A stretch of DNA of 32,000 bases from a secondary endosymbiont of Trabutina mannipara. GTDB lineage: Bacteria > Pseudomonadota > Gammaproteobacteria > Enterobacterales > Enterobacteriaceae. Positions within the stretch are counted from its first letter, which is position 1. Every line of letters begins with the position of its first letter. Below, in pieces: positions 30,318-32,000 of the stretch. The translations under genes were made by a program, and so were the position numbers. The notes under the pieces are model-generated. The model was given only the letters and a program-made list of their open reading frames with translations. It was not told the DNA's origin and ran no database searches. The stretch lies in the NCBI RefSeq assembly GCF_900090215.1, contig NZ_LT594522.1, positions 150,001 through 182,000 on the forward strand, in the 5' to 3' direction.

Positions 30318-31361
30318 TTGTATGCTGAGCAGTTGAATTTGCAATTAAGTAAATCATTAAGTACCTGTTATTTGCTGTTCGGTAATGAACCGCTACTCTT
30401 GCAAGAAAGCCAGGATCTAATATGTAAAATAGCAAGAAAGCAACAGTTCGATGAATATTTTAGTATCATGTTAGACGCTCATACTGATTGGTATTCTATC
30501 TTCAGTTTGTGCAAGGAGCGCAGTCTATTTTCTAGACGTCAGGTTTTACTGCTTCTTCTTCCAGAAGAAAGCATTAAATCAGACATGGGAGATAATTTGC
30601 TACATCTTTCGTCACTGCTACATGACGATTTGCTACTTATTATACGCGGTACCAATATAACAAGCACCTTAGAAAAGAGCGCCTGGTTCAAGGAACTTAA
30701 ATCAATTGCGGTGTTGGTAATTTGTATGACTCCTGAACAAACGCAACTGCCACAATGGGTAATGAAACGTGCTAACAGCATGAAGCTAAAGCTAGATAAT
30801 GCAGCTTGTCAACTTTTATGCTATTGCTATGAGGGAAATTTACCAGCACTGGTACAAGTATTAGAAATGCTTTGTCTTATTTATCCTGACAGAAATATTA
30901 CGTTTCCACGTGTTGAAATAACTGTGAATGACTCTTCGCACTTTACTATATTTAATTTAGTAGATGCTGTCTTGGCAGGTAAAAGCAAACGCGCTATACA
31001 TATTCTGCAGCAGTTACAACTTGAAGCAACTGATAATACGATTATAATACTACTGCGTAGTATCCAGCGTGAAATTATGCTATTATTAATGCTTAAACGA
31101 CACACTGCTGCCTCTTCTAGAGACATGCTGAAACTATGGTCTAAAAGAAAGTTACTGCTGAATCAAGCAGTAGAACGTCTTACTATGCTACAGCTAAGAA
31201 ATGCGATAGCGCTAGCTGCGAAAATAGAAATAGCGATCAAGCAGGATTATAAAGACTATGTTTGGTCTGATTTTAATGCATTAATACTGATATTATGCAG
31301 TAAATTGATGCCTGAAGCTATGTTCTCTGGATCTATATCCAGATTTCAAATCAAAATTTGA
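30318..31361 (+). CDS. holA: DNA polymerase III delta subunit HolA. The start is uncertain: TTG at 30318, or the ancestral start position, now ATA, at 30309.
   Basis: (IIR)LYAEQLNLQLSKSLSTCYLLFGNEPLLLQESQD...RQVLLLLLPE...LLHDDLLLI.RG...TPEQTQLPQWV..RA....L.LD..A.Q.LCYCYEGNL.AL.Q.LE.L...YPD..IT.PRVE..VNDS.HFT.F..VDA.LAGKSKRA.HILQQL.LE is collinear with E. coli HolA (MIRLYPEQLRAQL...). Confidence 0.92.
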   Translation: MYAEQLNLQLSKSLSTCYLLFGNEPLLLQESQDLICKIARKQQFDEYFSIMLDAHTDWYSIFSLCKERSLFSRRQVLLLLLPEESIKSDMGDNLLHLSSLLHDDLLLIIRGTNITSTLEKSAWFKELKSIAVLVICMTPEQTQLPQWVMKRANSMKLKLDNAACQLLCYCYEGNLPALVQVLEMLCLIYPDRNITFPRVEITVNDSSHFTIFNLVDAVLAGKSKRAIHILQQLQLEATDNTIIILLRSIQREIMLLLMLKRHTAASSRDMLKLWSKRKLLLNQAVERLTMLQLRNAIALAAKIEIAIKQDYKDYVWSDFNALILILCSKLMPEAMFSGSISRFQIKI

Positions 31362-31403
31362 AGTAACTGCCTCCAAAATGAGTTACATTAAAAATTAAAA
31401 TAT

Positions 31404-32000
31404 ATGCAAAATTTTTTTAAAATACGCACCTATAAACTTAAAAAGTTTACCTTTAAAACTAGCCGTAAAGGTAATTATCATTCCCTATATTCAAATATTG
31501 AGTAAATATAAGAAGCTGAAACTGAAATAGATATCTTCAGGTACGGTACTAGGATAATAATTATGTTCATGTTGATAAGCGTGTGTGGGTAGCAATGCAC
31601 AGATCACAGTTAGTGCCGACGAAATATGGTTACAAAATCTTCCAGAATTTACTCAAGGACATGCAGGTAATGCAAATCATTTGCTTCATTCAGGTCATTG
31701 CCTGTATGTCCTACTTGATTTGCGACGTCGTAGTTAGTATAGTACGCGATATAATTACTCTGTTGGAGCAAACGGTAGCCACCGCGCTAATGCTGTGTTT
31801 ACGTTGGTAAACAAAAAATTTGTTCTATAGGTTTACGTATCAGAAAATGATGTACTTTACATCGTAGCGATGAATTTATCACCTTTTCTGCGTATTAAAC
31901 CATGCTGATATTCTGGGACTGTATATGAACGATATTGTTTCTGGCGGGATACCTATATTACTTGATGAATGCTTACGTATGCTAGAATATACGAGATATA
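31404..32000 (+). pseudogene. nadD: nadD (nicotinate-mononucleotide adenylyltransferase) pseudogene, continuing past the window end
   Basis: It lies downstream of holA, as in E. coli. The fragments fall in NadD order in different frames with stops. MQNFF.. starts at 31404 but the GGTFDPxHxGH nucleotide-binding motif is missing. YAPINLKSLPLKLAVKVIIIPYI (31423 onward; stop at 31528) compares with [25 protein letters not shown]. ..QIICFIQV.. / LLDLRRRS*Y compare with ..LAFIIGQD.. / HLIVCRRPGY. VLYIVAMNLSPFLRIKPC* (31852-31908) compares with [21 protein letters not shown]. No ORF exceeds 75 codons. Confidence 0.6.

Noticed and set aside
31583-31810. A 75-aa ORF MWVAMHRSQLVPTKYGYKIF...
   Set aside because: It is the longest open fragment of the decayed nadD region, with partial NadD-like stretches only, and is not a stand-alone gene.

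Overview
This is a strongly AT-rich, gene-dense window that looks like the reduced genome of an obligate endosymbiont derived from Enterobacterales. The proteins are close to E. coli orthologues as I recall them. Gene order is a mosaic of E. coli synteny blocks joined by deletions: degQ|rplM-rpsI; rpsP-rimM-trmD-rplS; pepA-holC-valS..argI; glyW-cysT-leuZ; rpmF..fabG-acpP; mutH|rppH; leuW-glnU-metU-glnV..ybeY..leuS-holA-nadD. I cannot assign a species from sequence alone. I support 23 apparently intact housekeeping CDS: degQ (partial), rplM, rpsI, rsmI, cysS, dnaX, rpsP, rimM, trmD, rplS, valS, argI, asd, rpmF (58 aa, missing from the ORF track), acpP, ligA, mutH, rppH, truA, gyrA, ybeY, leuS and holA. 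There are also 10 tRNA genes, RNase P RNA (rnpB) and at least 6 pseudogenes or remnants (holC, pepA, fpr, fabG, nadD, and a probable eroded 3' tail of dnaX). I found no rRNA, CRISPR array, IS or transposon, prophage, toxin-antitoxin or defence-type gene. I therefore do not claim a novel system. What is worth a second look is the pattern of genome erosion. (1) There is an unusually dense set of exact short head-to-tail duplications (8-27 bp, many exactly 15 bp) in spacers, pseudogenes and the 3' part of dnaX; one of them directly breaks holC. (2) The replisome and repair genes are trimmed: holC is dead, dnaX appears truncated to a gamma-like product with the tau-specific tail decayed in frame, and ligA lacks its BRCT domain. 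(3) The fatty-acid cluster around an intact acpP has collapsed. (4) lptE is lost and nadD and fpr are decayed. (5) The ancestral ATG starts of trmD and holA have become ATA. (6) Most tRNA genes have lost the encoded 3' CCA. All comparisons to E. coli proteins are from memory and need alignment to confirm.
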